Notes: a model not told the origin generated them from the letters alone. Shown: positions 17,357 to 27,355, counted from the first letter of the stretch. The stretch: DNA of 64,000 bases from Chloroflexota bacterium (GCA_963663275.1 OY760183.1:832001-896000), one strand, 5' to 3'. Translations and numbers: made by a program.

Positions 17357-20224
17357 TATCTGCGGTGTCGTTGTCAGGTTATAGGTCTTATTGTGGGCAA
17401 TGGCCTTATCGTACGCCACCACCAGGATGGTATGGACGCCGGTCGCGCCGAGCGTCTTCCAGTGTATCTCGAACGGCGGCGCGCGGCGCTCGCCGATCTT
17501 CTTGCCGTCCACGTAGAACTCCACCCGATCGAGCATCTGGTCCGAGGCGTGCGCCTGGATGAGCACGTCGCCCGGCGGCAGTTGCGCGCCGTCCAGCGGG
17601 GAGAGCAGCGTCACCTGCGGCGGCGTATTGTCCACCGTCACCCGCGCGCGCGTTTCCTGCTGCCGTCCGTTCGTGTCCTGGGCGACCACGCGCACGGTAA
17701 AGACGCCGTTCAGGCGCAGGGGGCTTGCCGTATCCCAGGCCATCAGCACGTCGTTCTCCACCGGTTCCGTGCGTTGCCCCACCAGCGTCCAGCTTGTCGG
17801 TTCGGGCCCCAGGCCGTACTCCACGCGGTACCACGCCAGGCCCGGCACCAGCACGTTGCCCCGGATTTCCAGGATGTTGCGCACGGGACGGTCCGGTTGC
17901 GGCCAGGAGAGCGCCAGCGGGGCCACCGGCGCGGGAATGTGCGTCTCCGTTGGCGGCTGGGGTATCTCTTCCTGCTGGAACCAGTCCTGCTCGTCCGGCG
18001 GGGCGATGAAGTACACGCGCTCTTCCACCTGGTCGAGCGGCGTTTGCGGCGCGGCCAGCAGCCCGCTCTCCGTATGAATCTGGAACGGCACGAAGAACGT
18101 GTCCTCTTCCGTAGGCTCCGTGCCCGCGATGAACAACTCCGTGTAGATGCCGCCGCAGTAGGGAATGTCCTGGTAGCCGGAGACCAGTTTGCACAGCGTT
18201 GCCAGCGCCTCCTGCTCGCGGGTATCGTCGCAGTGCGGCGTTGCCAGCAGGCCGGTGGCGCGGCACACCTCCACTTCCACCAGGCCGTCCGGCCGCTCGA
18301 ATTCTTCCTTGGGCAGAGAGAGCAACTCCAGCGCCGCCTCCATGAAGTTATTCCAGATCGGCCCCGCGCCGCTCAGGCCGGTGGTGTCCTTCATGGGGCG
18401 GCCGTCCGAGTTGCCCACCCACACGCCGACCACCAGGCTGGGCGTATAGCCCAGCGTCCAATTGTCCTTGGAGTCGTCCGTGGTGCCGGTCTTGGCGGCG
18501 GCCGCGCGTTCGTCCAGTTTCAGCCAGCTATCCTCGCCGAACAGCGGGATGCGCGCCACGTTATCGGAGAGGATGCTGGAGATCTGGTAGGCAATCTGCG
18601 GGGAGAGCGCCTGGGTTCCCGGCGGCGGTTCATAGGCGTAGAGCACGTTGCCGTTGGAATCCGTCACGCGCAGGATGGCTTCCGGCGCGCGGTAGAGGCC
18701 GTTGGTGGCGAAGACGCTGTAGGCGCTGGCCAGGTCCAGCAGCCGCACCTCCGCGCCGCCCAGCACCACCGCCGGGCCGTAGTACGTCTCGTCGGTAAAG
18801 CTGGTGATGCCCAAGCGCCGCGCCATGGCGATGCCGTGGTTCACGCCCACGGCCTGCACCGTCTTTACCGCCGGAATGTTGTAGGAGTTCGCCAACGCCG
18901 CGCGCACCGTCGCCGGACCGTGAAACTTCTTGTCATAGTTCTCGGGCGCGTAGATAGGCGAGCCGGGGATGGTGACGGTGTACGGCACGTCCCAGATGAG
19001 CGTGGCGGGCGTCCAGCCCTCCTTCTCGAACGCGGCCGCGTAGAAGAGCGGTTTGATTGCCGACCCCGGCTGCCGCAGCGAGGTCGTCACGTTCACCTGC
19101 CCGTCGATTGAGCGATCGCGGTAGTCCACGCTGCCCAGCATGGCCAGCACTTCCGCGGTCTTGGGGTCCAGCGCGATGAGGGCGGCGTTGCTGGCGTCGT
19201 GGACGGCCAGCCGGGAGATGTGTTCCCGCGCCACGCGCTCGGCCTCCGCTTGCAACTCGATGTCCAGCGTGGTGGTAACGTGCAGGCCGCCCTGGTAGAG
19301 CGTCTCGGCGCCGTACCGCTCCTCCAGCAGCGCGCGCACGTAGAAGACGAAGTGCGGCGCGCGCAGCGGTTGGCTCTGCTCGTTGTAGTCAAGCTCGGCG
19401 GCATACGCGGCGTCGGCTTCCTGCCGCGAGATGAAGCCGTTGTCCACCATCTCGTTCAGCACGTATTGCTGGCGCGCTTTGGCGCCTTCCACGTTCACGA
19501 ACGGGTTGAGGCGGCTGGGCCCCTGCACGATGCCGGCCAGCATCGCGGCTTCCGGCAGGGTGAGTTCCCGCGCCGGCTTGTCGAAATAGACCACGGAGGC
19601 GGCCTCGATGCCGTACGCCAGGTTGCCAAAGGCAATCAGGTTCAGGTAGAGCGCCAGGATTTCATCTTTGCTGAAACGCTCGGCAATCTGCACCGCCAGC
19701 AGCAGTTCCCTGAGCTTGCGCTCCACGCTGAATTCGGGCGTGAGGAAGACGGCGCGGGCGAGTTGCTGCGTAATCGTGCTGCCGCCGCCGGCAAAGTTGC
19801 CCGTCACCACGCCCAGCACGGCCCGGGCAATGCCGCGCACGTCGTACCCGGGATTGGTGTAGAAATTCCGGTCCTCGGCGGCGATGATGGCCTGCTTCAT
19901 CACGGCCGGAATCTCGTCGTAGGAGAGCACGGTGCGCTGCCCCTCGGTGGGGTCGTTGACGGTGTAGAGCAGCACGCCGTTGCGATCGTAGATCTTGCTG
20001 CTCTGATGCACGGGCAACGTCTGGAGTTCCGTGGGGTCGGGCAAGTCCTGCGTCAGGTAGAGATAGACGCCGCCGACCCCGGCGCCAACCGCGGCGGCGC
20101 CGAGGAACATGAGGCCGAAGAAGATCCCGGCCGCGATGAGGAAGAAGGTGAATACGGAGAACGACCCGTTGCCGCTTTGGCGATTCCTGCGCCGACGCCG
20201 CCGGGCCAATTTCGAGGCTGCCAA
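17336..20224 (-). CDS. Class A penicillin-binding protein (PBP1A family) with C-terminal Ig-like extensions
   Basis: Transglycosylase AAEDRNFY and GGSTITQQLAR; transpeptidase RQPGSAIKP, SYN and KTGT motifs; C-terminal beta-rich domains (VEFYVDG). Confidence 0.92.
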   Translation of the reverse strand: MAASKLARRRRRRNRQSGNGSFSVFTFFLIAAGIFFGLMFLGAAAVGAGVGGVYLYLTQDLPDPTELQTLPVHQSSKIYDRNGVLLYTVNDPTEGQRTVLSYDEIPAVMKQAIIAAEDRNFYTNPGYDVRGIARAVLGVVTGNFAGGGSTITQQLARAVFLTPEFSVERKLRELLLAVQIAERFSKDEILALYLNLIAFGNLAYGIEAASVVYFDKPARELTLPEAAMLAGIVQGPSRLNPFVNVEGAKARQQYVLNEMVDNGFISRQEADAAYAAELDYNEQSQPLRAPHFVFYVRALLEERYGAETLYQGGLHVTTTLDIELQAEAERVAREHISRLAVHDASNAALIALDPKTAEVLAMLGSVDYRDRSIDGQVNVTTSLRQPGSAIKPLFYAAAFEKEGWTPATLIWDVPYTVTIPGSPIYAPENYDKKFHGPATVRAALANSYNIPAVKTVQAVGVNHGIAMARRLGITSFTDETYYGPAVVLGGAEVRLLDLASAYSVFATNGLYRAPEAILRVTDSNGNVLYAYEPPPGTQALSPQIAYQISSILSDNVARIPLFGEDSWLKLDERAAAAKTGTTDDSKDNWTLGYTPSLVVGVWVGNSDGRPMKDTTGLSGAGPIWNNFMEAALELLSLPKEEFERPDGLVEVEVCRATGLLATPHCDDTREQEALATLCKLVSGYQDIPYCGGIYTELFIAGTEPTEEDTFFVPFQIHTESGLLAAPQTPLDQVEERVYFIAPPDEQDWFQQEEIPQPPTETHIPAPVAPLALSWPQPDRPVRNILEIRGNVLVPGLAWYRVEYGLGPEPTSWTLVGQRTEPVENDVLMAWDTASPLRLNGVFTVRVVAQDTNGRQQETRARVTVDNTPPQVTLLSPLDGAQLPPGDVLIQAHASDQMLDRVEFYVDGKKIGERRAPPFEIHWKTLGATGVHTILVVAYDKAIAHNKTYNLTTTPQISVILLE

Positions 20225-20395
20225 GAGCGCGTATCCTCACAAGTGGTCTGCCGCTGCACGTCCCCTTAACTGTACCACCACCCGCGCGCAAGCGCGGCGG
20301 GCGGGGCGCATTAAAAACGCGGAGCCGATGGCTTCCGCGCAGTGTCGCGATTCTGTTGTTTCCTGCGGCGATGTTTCCGCGAGTTCAGCGCCTCG

Positions 20396-21622
20396 CTAGC
20401 GCAGCCACTTGTTGGGGTTCTGGGGCACCTTGTCCAAGCGTATCTCGAAGTGGAGATGCGGGCCGCTGGTGAAACCGGTCATGCCGACGAAGCCGATCGT
20501 CTGGCCTTTGTGCACGGGGCTGCCCTCCTTCACCGGCAGCGAGCGGGAGTCGTCCAGGTGGGCGTAGACGGATGCCTCATGCACACTGTGCTTAATGACG
20601 ACCATCATGCCGTAAGAACTCCAGCGGTTGCTCGGTATGGCGTAGCCGACCTTGATCACGACTCCATCCTGGCTGGCGACGACGGGCGAAAGGCGCGCCA
20701 CGGCGTAGTCTATGCCGCTGTGGAAGGCTTGCAGCCACGTGCGCACGCCATATCCGGCGCTGACCCAACCGCCCGCCGGACGGCGCCAACCGGCTTCCGC
20801 ATACTCTGGCAACAGGATGTTATTCTCCCGCATCCACCTTTCCGCCGCCTCGATATCGGCCGCGAGCGCCTGATCCTCGGCCTTCCTACGCTCAATCTCA
20901 TATTGTAGCGATTGGTTCCGCTGCGAGGCGCTGGCGGCTTCTCGCTCGGCATTGACGAGCAGGGTCTCTCTATTAGCCAGTAAGCTCTGCAGTTCCTCCT
21001 TCTGACGATCCAATTGCCGCTTCAGCGCGTCCACCTCCGCCTGTTTCTCCAGGAGCGTGGCGCGCTTGACGCCCAAGCCCGCCCTGCGCTCTTGGGTGGC
21101 GCGAACGTTGCGGAGGTCAACGTCGAGAATGCGCTGGAAGAGTGTGATTCGGTTCAGCGCTTCGGAGAAGCTGGAGGAGGTGAGGATCACCTCAAGAGGC
21201 GAAACGCGGCTGAGTTTGTAGACCGCGCGCAAGCGGCCGCTCGCAATCTCCTGCTCGTCGGCGAGAATGGCCTCTTCACGGGCGGTTTCTTGGGTAAGGC
21301 GGTGGATATCAACCTGAAGCCGATCGATTTCAAACTGCGTAGCGTTGACTTCTTCGATTTTGGCATACAGCAGGGCTTCAGCTTCTTGGAGATTGTTAGC
21401 GGCGGCGTCCTGTACCCGTTTCGTCCGCGCAACTTCCTGCTGGGCTAGTTCCTGTTGGCTCTTTGCGCGCTCCAACTCCTGTAGGTTCTGTTCCTGCTTC
21501 TCTTGCAACTGCCTGATGTATTCATTGTCATAGGTGTCATCCGTGCTCTCTGAGGCGAAAACAGCATTAGGCGCTGCCGCCAACATGGCCAGCAATGAAC
21601 CAAGTACGCTACGCCGTCGCAC
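20396..21622 (-). CDS. Coiled-coil M23 metallopeptidase (EnvC/CwlO-type FtsX partner)
   Basis: Signal peptide with RRR, long coiled coil with ILTSSSFSEALNR, intact HSGID, YAHL and GPHLHFE motifs. Confidence 0.88.
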   Translation of the reverse strand: MRRRSVLGSLLAMLAAAPNAVFASESTDDTYDNEYIRQLQEKQEQNLQELERAKSQQELAQQEVARTKRVQDAAANNLQEAEALLYAKIEEVNATQFEIDRLQVDIHRLTQETAREEAILADEQEIASGRLRAVYKLSRVSPLEVILTSSSFSEALNRITLFQRILDVDLRNVRATQERRAGLGVKRATLLEKQAEVDALKRQLDRQKEELQSLLANRETLLVNAEREAASASQRNQSLQYEIERRKAEDQALAADIEAAERWMRENNILLPEYAEAGWRRPAGGWVSAGYGVRTWLQAFHSGIDYAVARLSPVVASQDGVVIKVGYAIPSNRWSSYGMMVVIKHSVHEASVYAHLDDSRSLPVKEGSPVHKGQTIGFVGMTGFTSGPHLHFEIRLDKVPQNPNKWLR

Positions 21623-22310
21623 TGCTATAGCTCTCCTGAAACTTCCCTATTTGCACGTCGCGCACAATCCGACCATTATCCAACGCTACCACACGGCGGG
21701 AGAATCCATCAACCACGTCGCGGTCGTGGGTAGCCACCAGCGTGGTGATGCCAAGCTGGTTGATTTGCATGAGGAGCGTGGTGATCTCCCAGGCCGCTTC
21801 CGGCGTGAGGCTGGCCGTGGGCTCGTCGGCGATGAAGATCTCCGGCCGGTGCACGATGGCGCGCGCAATCGCCACCTTGCGCTGTTCGCCGCCGGAAATC
21901 TGGCCGGGCAGGAACGACGCCTTGCGTTGCAGACCCACCAGTTCCAGCGCGTCCGCCGCGCGCAGCCGGGCGCGTTTGCCCGTGTGCCCCTGCACCTGCA
22001 TCGCCAGCGCCACGTTCTCCGCCACGGTCTTGCCGGGAAAGAGCTTGAGGTCCTGAAAGACAATGCCGAAGCGCCGCCGCAGCAGGGGTACATCGGAGCC
22101 TCTGAGCAGCGCCAGGTCCTGGCCGCCCACCAGCACTACGCCGGACGTGGCGCGATCGGCGCGCACCAGCAGGCTGATAAGCGTGGTCTTGCCGGCGCCG
22201 TTGTGGCCCACCAAGAAGACGAAGTCGCCCCTGGGAATACTCAACGTGACGTCGTTCAGCGCGGTGACGCTGAAGTCATACACTTTGGAGACATTGCGCA
22301 GAACAATCAT
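21609..22310 (-). CDS. Second FtsE-like ABC ATPase
   Basis: VSKVY, GHNGAGKTT, LRRRFGIVFQDLKL, ISGGEQRKVAIARA, IADEPTASL, ATHD; clear paralogue of 23254-23943. Confidence 0.85.
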   Translation of the reverse strand: MIVLRNVSKVYDFSVTALNDVTLSIPRGDFVFLVGHNGAGKTTLISLLVRADRATSGVVLVGGQDLALLRGSDVPLLRRRFGIVFQDLKLFPGKTVAENVALAMQVQGHTGKRARLRAADALELVGLQRKASFLPGQISGGEQRKVAIARAIVHRPEIFIADEPTASLTPEAAWEITTLLMQINQLGITTLVATHDRDVVDGFSRRVVALDNGRIVRDVQIGKFQESYSSATA

Positions 22311-22379
22311 AGGTATGTAGAGAAGGACGGCGCGCAAGGCGCAAAGATTGGCGGCGCTGGAATCCGCAAGCGAGCGGAA

Positions 22380-23267
22380 CTAGATAGTGAGGAACCGGCG
22401 AACCGAGAGGTAACTCCCCAAAGCGCCAACGGCGATACCAAAGAGAGTCATGATTAAGATTAGACGAAAGAGGTAGGCCGTGTCAAGTGAGACCGGCAGG
22501 AAGCTGACCAACTGCTGGAGCACTTCGTGGATCGAGATGTAGGCCGCGCCGACAATGAGCGACGAAAAGAGCGCCCCAAGCAGCCCGAAGAAGATGCCCT
22601 CCAGCAGGAACGGCCAGCGAATGAAGTGGTCGGAAGCGCCCATCAAGCGCAGCACCTCGATCTCGCCGCGCCGCGCGTAGACCGTCAGCCGGATGGTGCT
22701 GCCAATGACGAACAGGGTGACCAGGGCCAGGCCCGCGCCCAGCGTGTAACCCAGGATGCGCACGATCTGGCTGATGCGCAGCAGGATTTCCACCACGTCC
22801 TGCGGCAAGACCACGTCTTCCACAATCGGTTCCGCCGCCAGCAGGCTCGCTTGCTCGCGGAGATGGTCCGCTTCGTCCGAGCGCACGTCCAGGCTGGCGG
22901 GCAGGGGATTGCCGGGCAAAGACTGCAAGAAGTCCGGCTGGTCCGGGAAGGACTCCCGCAGCCGCTCCAGGGCTTTCTCTTTGGTGACGTACTCCACGGA
23001 GATGATCAGCGGGTCTTCCTGCAATTCCCGCTGCAACGCCAGCACGTCCGCCGGCGGCGCGTCGTCGTGGAGATAGATGATGAGGTTTACTTGCTCTTCC
23101 ATGCTGTCGATCATGACCGAGAGGGCGTTCTCGACGATGAGGAACATGCCCAGGGTGGTCATCATCAGGGAGACGATGAGCACGGTAATCAGCGTCATGG
23201 TCCGGTGCCGCCAGGCGTTTACCACGGCGCTGCCGGTGAGCGTGCCGATATAACTAAGAACGGCCAT
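22380..23267 (-). CDS. ftsX: Cell division permease FtsX
   Basis: GNPLPAS, TIRLTVYARRGEIEVLRLMGAS..FIRWPFLLEG, four TM segments. Confidence 0.92.
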   Translation of the reverse strand: MAVLSYIGTLTGSAVVNAWRHRTMTLITVLIVSLMMTTLGMFLIVENALSVMIDSMEEQVNLIIYLHDDAPPADVLALQRELQEDPLIISVEYVTKEKALERLRESFPDQPDFLQSLPGNPLPASLDVRSDEADHLREQASLLAAEPIVEDVVLPQDVVEILLRISQIVRILGYTLGAGLALVTLFVIGSTIRLTVYARRGEIEVLRLMGASDHFIRWPFLLEGIFFGLLGALFSSLIVGAAYISIHEVLQQLVSFLPVSLDTAYLFRLILIMTLFGIAVGALGSYLSVRRFLTI

Positions 23268-23943
23268 ATTGGTAGGTGCCTCGCAGTTCGTCCCGCGCTA
23301 TCTCGCCGTCCACCAACTCCACCACCCGGCGGCGATTGCGGTTCACCATCTCCTTGTCGTGGGTGGCCATGATGACGGTGGTGCCCAGTTCGTTGATGCG
23401 CGCCAGCAGATCGACGATTTCGGCCGAGGTGACCGGGTCCAGGTTGCCGGTGGGCTCGTCGGCAATCAGCACCTCCGGCTTGCGAACTACCGCGCGCGCA
23501 ATGGCCACGCGCTGCTGCTCGCCGCCGGAAAGCGTGAGCGGGAACGTCTCGGCAAATTGGGTGAGGCCTACCAACGCCAGGGTTTCGGGCACCAGCCGGT
23601 CGATGTCGCGGCGCGAGCGGTTGGCCACCCGCAACGCCATGGCCACGTTTTCGGCCACGGTCTTGTTGGGCAGCAGCCGGAAGTCCTGGAAGATCATGCT
23701 CACCTTGCGCCGGTAGAGCGGCAAATGGCGCTGCGGCATCTGCAAGACGTTGTGCCCGGCCACGATGATGTGCCCGGCGGTGGGAAGTTCTTCGCGAATC
23801 AGGAGACGGATGAGGGTGGATTTGCCCGCGCCGCTGACGCCCACGAGAAAGACGAACTCCCGCGGCCCAATCTCCAGGTTGATGTCTTTAAGCGCGTGAA
23901 TGCCGTTGGCGTAGACCTTGGAGACGTTCTGCAAGAGGATCAT
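23254..23943 (-). CDS. ftsE: Cell division ATP-binding protein FtsE
   Basis: [46 protein letters not shown]; overlaps the ftsX start. Confidence 0.92.
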   Translation of the reverse strand: MILLQNVSKVYANGIHALKDINLEIGPREFVFLVGVSGAGKSTLIRLLIREELPTAGHIIVAGHNVLQMPQRHLPLYRRKVSMIFQDFRLLPNKTVAENVAMALRVANRSRRDIDRLVPETLALVGLTQFAETFPLTLSGGEQQRVAIARAVVRKPEVLIADEPTGNLDPVTSAEIVDLLARINELGTTVIMATHDKEMVNRNRRRVVELVDGEIARDELRGTYQYGRS

Positions 23944-24176
23944 GGCGGGTCTTGTTTGCTGCGCGTGAGCGACGATGGCGCCGGCGCCTGCGCGGCGCGG
24001 GCCGGGTACGCGCGTGGCCGCGCGTTTGGGTCGCTCTCTATTATACGGCGATCGGTGCGCGCCGTCACTAGGAGGAGTTGCCAATTCACGCGATTAGCCC
24101 GCCGTTGCGCCGCGAGAAGAGGCCGCGCGAGCGCGCGCGCAGCTCGTCATCCCGCGCCTGCAACCGCGTCATTGCT

Positions 24177-24458
24177 ATGAAAAATAACCGGAGCAGAGTC
24201 CGTCATTCCGGCGGAAGCCGGAATCCATCTTTGCCTCACCCACTGGACTCCGGCGGAAGCGGGAGTGACGATTGGAAAGCCGCCATTTTCATCCTCTTAC
24301 CATGTGAATAGCTGATTCAGGCGGTTCCGCTCCGGTACGGTAGGTAAAAAATCTGCAACCTGTGTCTGCCGTCTCCGGTAGCGTAGGCTTGCAACCTGCG
24401 CCCGCCGCCTGCCGGCGGAAGCGATAATCCGGAGGCGGGGGACAAGCCCCCGCGCTAC
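24177..24458. repeat. Repeat cluster: ATGAAAA..TTTTCAT-bounded RPE-like pair plus GTAG-type REPs
   Basis: GTCATTCCGGCGGAAGCCGGAATCCA / GGACTCCGGCGGAAGCGGGAGTGAC; GTAGCGTAGGCTTGCAACCTGCG; GCGGGGGACAAGCCCCCGCGCTAC. Confidence 0.75.
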
Positions 24459-24550
24459 GGGTGTGCGGGAGACCACGCGGCGCGGCGTGTTGTGAACCGG
24501 TTGTCCGTCACGACGCCTCCGACGCGCCCGGCGTCCGGTCACAACGCGTC

Positions 24551-25768
24551 CTACCCGCTCGGCGACGAACGCACCGCCATGCGGGCGCGGTACTTGCCGC
24601 CCCGGCGCATCATCCACACGTAGAGGCCGGTCAGCGCCAGCGGCGCCAGCGGCAGCAGCATCAGCGCGTTGAACGCGGCCGGCAGGCCGAAACCGTCCGC
24701 GAAGATGCCCACCAGCGGCGTTCCCATGCCGCTGATGCCCCACGCAAAGCCGACCATCATGCCCGAGGCCATGGCCCGCTGGTTCGGCAGGAGTTCGTGG
24801 CTCATCACCACCGTGACGGCAAACGTGGAGACGGTGAAGCCGCCGATGAGCACCAGCATGAAAGGCAGCCAGAGCCCGCTGCCCTGCAGAAAGCCGTAGA
24901 CGAAGAGCGGCACCGGCGCCAAGGACCAGAGCAGCAGACCCTCTTTGCTGGTGCGGTCGGCCACGTAGCCGCCAATGAGCGTGCCAACGGCGCCGCTGAA
25001 GAGCAGGAAGGGCAGCAGACCCGCGGCCGCTTCCGGCACGGTCATGCCCAGTTCGGCGACGGCGTAGAGCGGAATGAACGTGCCGATGCTGACCCAGAAG
25101 AAGGAACGCAGAATGACGATGACCAGCAACAGGACGAAAGGCGTGAGCACGGGCCGTATGTCCAGAAAGGCCGCTTTGAGGTCCGGCGGCGCCGTCTCCC
25201 CGCCGGTCTCGATGCGCGGCAGCAGCCGCCAGAGCACCAGCGCCATCAGAATGCCCGGTATCACCATCAGCATGAGCCCGCGCTGCGCCTGCCAGGCGTA
25301 GAGCACGGCCACTACCACCGGTCCCGCGGCCACGCCGATGTTGCCGCCGACGGAGAAGATGGAGGTGCCGGTGCTCTGCCGGTCACCGCTGTAGTAGCCG
25401 GCCGCCTTGTAGCCTTCCGGGTGATAGGCGGCGATGCCCAAGCCGCCGATGGCGATCAAAACGAGCGCAACCCAATAGACCGGCGCCTGGGTGGCAACAA
25501 TGATGCCCACGGCGGCGACCAGCGGCGCGAGCGGCAGCACCCACGTGCCGCTGATGCGGTCGCTGAGGTAGCCCAGCACCGGCTGGATGGCGCTGGCGGA
25601 AAAGCTGTGCGCCGCCGATACCAGCGCCACGGCGAAATACGAGAGGCCGAACGTGCTGACGAAAATCGGCAGCATGGCGGGCAACATGCCGCCATAGACG
25701 TCGGCAATGACGTGCCCCACGCTCAGCGTCAGGAGCATGGGCGTATTCATGCGGCGCCTGTTCTTCAC
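24551..25768 (-). CDS. MFS transporter (Fsr/fosmidomycin-resistance-like)
   Basis: About 12 TM segments; QPVLGYLSDR, AAYHPEG and SIFSVGGNIG motifs. Confidence 0.88.
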   Translation of the reverse strand: MKNRRRMNTPMLLTLSVGHVIADVYGGMLPAMLPIFVSTFGLSYFAVALVSAAHSFSASAIQPVLGYLSDRISGTWVLPLAPLVAAVGIIVATQAPVYWVALVLIAIGGLGIAAYHPEGYKAAGYYSGDRQSTGTSIFSVGGNIGVAAGPVVVAVLYAWQAQRGLMLMVIPGILMALVLWRLLPRIETGGETAPPDLKAAFLDIRPVLTPFVLLLVIVILRSFFWVSIGTFIPLYAVAELGMTVPEAAAGLLPFLLFSGAVGTLIGGYVADRTSKEGLLLWSLAPVPLFVYGFLQGSGLWLPFMLVLIGGFTVSTFAVTVVMSHELLPNQRAMASGMMVGFAWGISGMGTPLVGIFADGFGLPAAFNALMLLPLAPLALTGLYVWMMRRGGKYRARMAVRSSPSG

Positions 25769-25934
25769 CGCGTCACACGTCTTCTCAAGCGTGGTTCTAT
25801 GATGTTCGTCTTTCCCGGATTCTGCTCAGGTGAAGCAAAAGCCGCGCGTACTCGAGGCAATCGAAACTCGGAGCGCTTCCGCCGCGACCGGAGCGGCATG
25901 GTTCCTGGCGCGCCGCGGCGTCGGCTGTCAAACG

Positions 25935-25964
25935 AAAAGCCACACCGGCAAGGGCGGTGTGGCT
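25935..25964 (-). terminator. Probable intrinsic terminator downstream of the DUF4242 gene
   Basis: Stem AGCCACACCG/CGGTGTGGCT followed by a U-run on the minus strand. Confidence 0.5.
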
Positions 25965-26018
25965 CGGCTCATCGTCCCGCGAGCGGGTGGGCGCATTGCG
26001 CAAGGCCAAGGGCCGCGT

Positions 26019-26288
26019 CTACTCGCGGTAGTCCGTTTCCGTCAGTTCGTCCACGCGGACGATCTTGTCGATTTTGGCGTTCACCGCGTCGCGCGCCTCG
26101 ATCACAGCCTCTTCGCTCTCCGCCTCGTAGAGGCAGTAGCACTTGCTCATGTCGTCGGAAAGATAGGTGCTGATCCAATCGCAATTGGGCAGCTTGGCAT
26201 AGATGTCCAGCGACTTCTTCTTATTGTTGTCATACTTGTCGCGCGAAAGCTCCGGCGGCAGGTTCCACTCGACGAGAAACTTGGGCAT
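26019..26288 (-). CDS. DUF4242 (SCO4226-like) small ferredoxin-fold protein
   Basis: MPKFLVE..WISTY.S.D..KCYCLYEAESEEAV pattern. Confidence 0.75.
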   Translation of the reverse strand: MPKFLVEWNLPPELSRDKYDNNKKKSLDIYAKLPNCDWISTYLSDDMSKCYCLYEAESEEAVIEARDAVNAKIDKIVRVDELTETDYRE

Positions 26289-26528
26289 ATTCGGTTCTCC
26301 AAGGTCATTGCATGGGGTCAACCGGCTCGCTTCTTTTGTAGCAGGAGAGAAGCGCGTCTGTCAAACGAAATCCATCCAGGATTGAGCGATATCAGGCCAT
26401 TTTGTAGTCAATGCGGGTGTATGTCGTGTGCTCTACCGTGTAAAGTATTAACTAGCCGGTGTGCACTCTTTGTCGCGGGCATTGGCGGTTGGGACTACCG
26501 CACTGAGACTCTACTGGAGCGAGGGCGA

Positions 26529-27239
26529 ATGGGTGAATTGTTAAGTGATGGGCGTGTGGTCGCCGGCCTCTTTAGCGCGGGGGCGGTACTTTTCGTGGCT
26601 ATCTGCGGCGGACTGATTGCTCTGGGTCGCTGGATGGGCAGTACCGGCAAGGAGGTGACGCACCTGGAAGAGACCGCCGCAAGAGACCGGTCCGCATTCA
26701 ACAAAGAGGTGGCGCACCTGGAAGAGACCGCCGCAAGAGACCGGTCCGCACTCAACAAAGAGGTGACGCACCTGGAAGAGACCGCCGCAAGAGACCGGTC
26801 CGCACTCAACAAAGAGGTGACGCACCTGGAAGAGACCGCCGCAAGAGACCGCTCCGCATTCAACAAGGTTGCCGAAGAAATCAGGCGAGACATCGACGTA
26901 ATCAGGGAAGACATCAAGAGAATTCTCCATCTTATCCCGTCAACGCCCGCTCTCTTCCAAAGCGACAGCCCGCTGCGCCTGACCGAATTCGGAGAGAAAG
27001 TTTCCGCCAGTCTGGGTGCTGCGTCTTGGGCCGGCAAGGTGGCGGTGGAATTGAAACATGAGCTTGCCGATAAGCAGCCGTACCAAATTGATGCGATGAG
27101 CCGCAAGTACGTGCAGGATGACCTATCGGATGAGATGAAAGAGCGAGTTGCCATCGCTGTATACGAATTTGGCATCGATGAGGATGGCGTCCGCAAAGTG
27201 CTGGCAGTCGTGCTGCGGGAAAAGCTGCTGGAAACCTAG
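26529..27239 (+). CDS. Membrane-anchored hypothetical protein with 4 x 18-aa coiled-coil repeat
   Basis: N-terminal TM helix; KEVTHLEETAARDRSA(L/F)N x4; C-terminal SPLRLTEFGEKV domain; ATG after GAGGG. Confidence 0.7.
   Translation: MGELLSDGRVVAGLFSAGAVLFVAICGGLIALGRWMGSTGKEVTHLEETAARDRSAFNKEVAHLEETAARDRSALNKEVTHLEETAARDRSALNKEVTHLEETAARDRSAFNKVAEEIRRDIDVIREDIKRILHLIPSTPALFQSDSPLRLTEFGEKVSASLGAASWAGKVAVELKHELADKQPYQIDAMSRKYVQDDLSDEMKERVAIAVYEFGIDEDGVRKVLAVVLREKLLET
26649..26864 (+). repeat. Intragenic tandem repeat, 54 nt x4
   Basis: Near-identical AA(A/G)GAGGTGACGCACCTGGAAGAGACCGCCGCAAGAGACCGGTCCGCA(C/T)TCAAC units. Confidence 0.95.
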
Positions 27240-27259
27240 ACCACCGCCCACCAGAGGCG

Positions 27260-27299
27260 AAAACAAGAAACCCCACACACCTACCTTGTGCGGGGTCTT
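27260..27299 (-). terminator. Hairpin terminator between convergent genes (end of the rplKA transcript)
   Basis: Minus strand AAGACCCCGCAC-loop-GTGTGGGGTTTCTTGTTTT. Confidence 0.55.
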
Positions 27300-27355
27300 A
27301 CTGTGGCAGGCGGCCTGGCCCCAAGCGCCGCCGCCCACTCGGCAATACTATCCAA

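Noticed and set aside
25830-26528. N-terminal half of the 469-aa ORF 25830-27239
   Set aside because: Antisense to the DUF4242 gene; the real start is more plausibly the ATG at 26529.
27241-27340. L10 leader RNA
   Set aside because: Lacks the AGAC-GYAGG..CCURC.GAG pattern and rplJ does not follow; better explained as a terminator.
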